A stretch of 64,000 nucleotides of DNA from an uncultured cyanobacterium (GTDB taxonomy: Bacteria > Cyanobacteriota > Cyanobacteriia > Cyanobacteriales > Nostocaceae). Each line of letters starts with the position of its first letter. Position 1 is the first letter of the stretch. The stretch spans positions 16,325 to 80,324 of the forward strand of contig CAVYXS010000258.1 of NCBI GenBank assembly GCA_963772205.1. Direction: 5' to 3'. A model generated the notes under the pieces. It made no database searches. It saw nothing but the letters and a program-made list of their open reading frames with translations, and was not told the DNA's origin. This document shows positions 62,495 through 64,000 of the stretch, piece by piece. A program made the translations under genes and the position numbers.

Positions 62495-62782
62495 TTACTC
62501 TTCTGGTTTATTAGCCCAGCTACCTCGTCGGTTATTATCCTCTCGCGGTTTGGCTTTATTAACTCTGAGTTGACGCCCCATCCATTCTGCCCCATCTAAT
62601 TCTGTGATAGCAGCGTCTTCCTGGGCATCTTCTGTCATTTCTACAAAGGCAAAGCCACGCATCCGCCCTGTTTCGCGGTCTGTAGGCAAGACAACTCGTT
62701 TGACCTCGCCATAGTCTGCAAAGACTGCTTTTAGGTCTGCTTCGGTAGCGCGGTAGGAGAGATTTCCAACGTAAATAGTCAT
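62495..62782 (-). CDS. rbp: RRM-type RNA-binding protein
   Basis: RNP2 IYVGNL and RNP1 RGFAFVEM motifs. 95 aa with a short basic C-terminus. Confidence 0.9.
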   Translation of the reverse strand: MTIYVGNLSYRATEADLKAVFADYGEVKRVVLPTDRETGRMRGFAFVEMTEDAQEDAAITELDGAEWMGRQLRVNKAKPREDNNRRGSWANKPEE

Positions 62783-63551
62783 GTGGGATCACGTAAATTT
62801 AAACAAACAGCGGTTTGTTCAGTTGTAAAACAGATATAACAAATTGCAATTACTGCACAGTCTCTTCTGATTTACCTATGGCAAATTATGTAAGAGATTT
62901 ACCATTATGGTAACAATCTCTACAACTAAATGAGCTAGGTGGCTGAACTTACGCATACGCTCATATAATACCTGATTATAATATTTTTCAAAGTATGAGA
63001 TTTTACAATCGCTCATAACATATAATCAGGTAAACTTATAGTTTATTAGTTATGTTGATTTTTTTATTATCTATTACTGAGTAACAATGTAAAAATAATT
63101 ACTCAATAATATAGCTTATTTATCTTTCAAGTCCTCTACGACCGTTGTATTGCAAAGATTATGGACTCAATCAACCTAAAAACTGTATTAGTGATGACGA
63201 TTCATTAAGTATCATATTACAATTAAAAAATCGCTGACATGTCAGTGTTTAATTTAGCACTCAGCACTCACAACAATTTTAAATTGTTGTTGACGTTCTT
63301 AGTAGCGCTTTAGCCTCATATCTGCCTCTGGGGATTGATTTTTCAAGTTAAAATTCAGGACTGAAGTCCTGACTACGAACTTATTCAAGTCAGAACTAAT
63401 CAGACACACTACTAGTAGTCACCAAAGGAACAAGGCTTGGTTTGTAGTTAGGACTAAAGTCCTAAGAAAGCGATAAATCGCTTACTACATACTAAGCATC
63501 ATTTGTGTGGTGAACCACTAGGCTATAAATATGTTTTAGTATTTTATCATT

Positions 63552-64000
63552 ATGGCAAAAACAAAGAATTCTACTTCCATCATAATAGCTAAAACTCTAG
63601 CTGTAACTGGATTTGCCGCTTCTGTGTTGCTAACTGCAGCCCCAGCCCATGCTCTTGATTTCACTTTCTCTTTTAAGGATACAGATGGAGGTGATGGAAC
63701 AGTTACAGGAACGCAGGGATATATTACAGGAACTTTGAGTGGCCTAGTGGAAGGTAATAACTCTGGAACAGGGATTACAGCAACGGTTACATCCAGTCCT
63801 GGTGGTAACGGAGTCGGTTCTGGGTATAGTTATTTAGGTGGCGGTACTAACGCTTTTGTCGTTAGTGGCGGTAATATCATTTTTGCTGATGTATATTTTG
63901 GGGATAGTTCTTCTGATCCTAATTATTTATATTTAGGAACGCTGGGTAATAGTGGTTATAACAGCGAGTTAGTGAATGATTCTATTTCCTATAGCTATGG
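63552..64000 (+). CDS. secreted hypothetical protein, 5' part (continues beyond window)
   Basis: ATG at 63552; signal peptide MAKTKNSTSIIIAKTLAVTGFAASVLLTAAPAHA. Open to the window end in frame, Gly/Ser/Thr-rich. Confidence 0.5.
   Translation, partial: MAKTKNSTSIIIAKTLAVTGFAASVLLTAAPAHALDFTFSFKDTDGGDGTVTGTQGYITGTLSGLVEGNNSGTGITATVTSSPGGNGVGSGYSYLGGGTNAFVVSGGNIIFADVYFGDSSSDPNYLYLGTLGNSGYNSELVNDSISYSY

Overview
The window reads as a Nostocales-type cyanobacterial chromosome segment. GCGATCGC (HIP1) sites occur throughout, STRR-like heptamer blocks (GGGGCAT/ATGCCCA, TTGGTCA) recur, and photosynthesis-associated genes are present (psbX, hli, ycf65, ycf66, ycf19). About 55 genes are supported, listed in the features. 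Three accessory islands stand out and are detailed in the findings: a double-glycine-leader bacteriocin-like cluster (12.1-18.4 kb), a solitary IsrB OMEGA element with a candidate omega-RNA (23.96-25.45 kb), and a truncated TPR-CHAT gene built from near-identical repeats beside an STK-WD40 kinase. Several genes look disrupted (zwf, opcA, a DUF98 gene, a cytochrome P450, a Gp49-like toxin); zwf and opcA each carry a single-base deletion in a homopolymer run. The DNA is saturated with small dispersed repeats: a GC-rich hairpin family, a ~110-bp MITE centred on the palindrome GGGCACGGCAGTGCCGTGCCC, a 185-bp MITE with GGTGTCAACTTAAG terminal inverted repeats nested inside the first, and a CTTGTGGGGTGG...CCACCCCACAAG hairpin element. 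No CRISPR array or rRNA gene is present.
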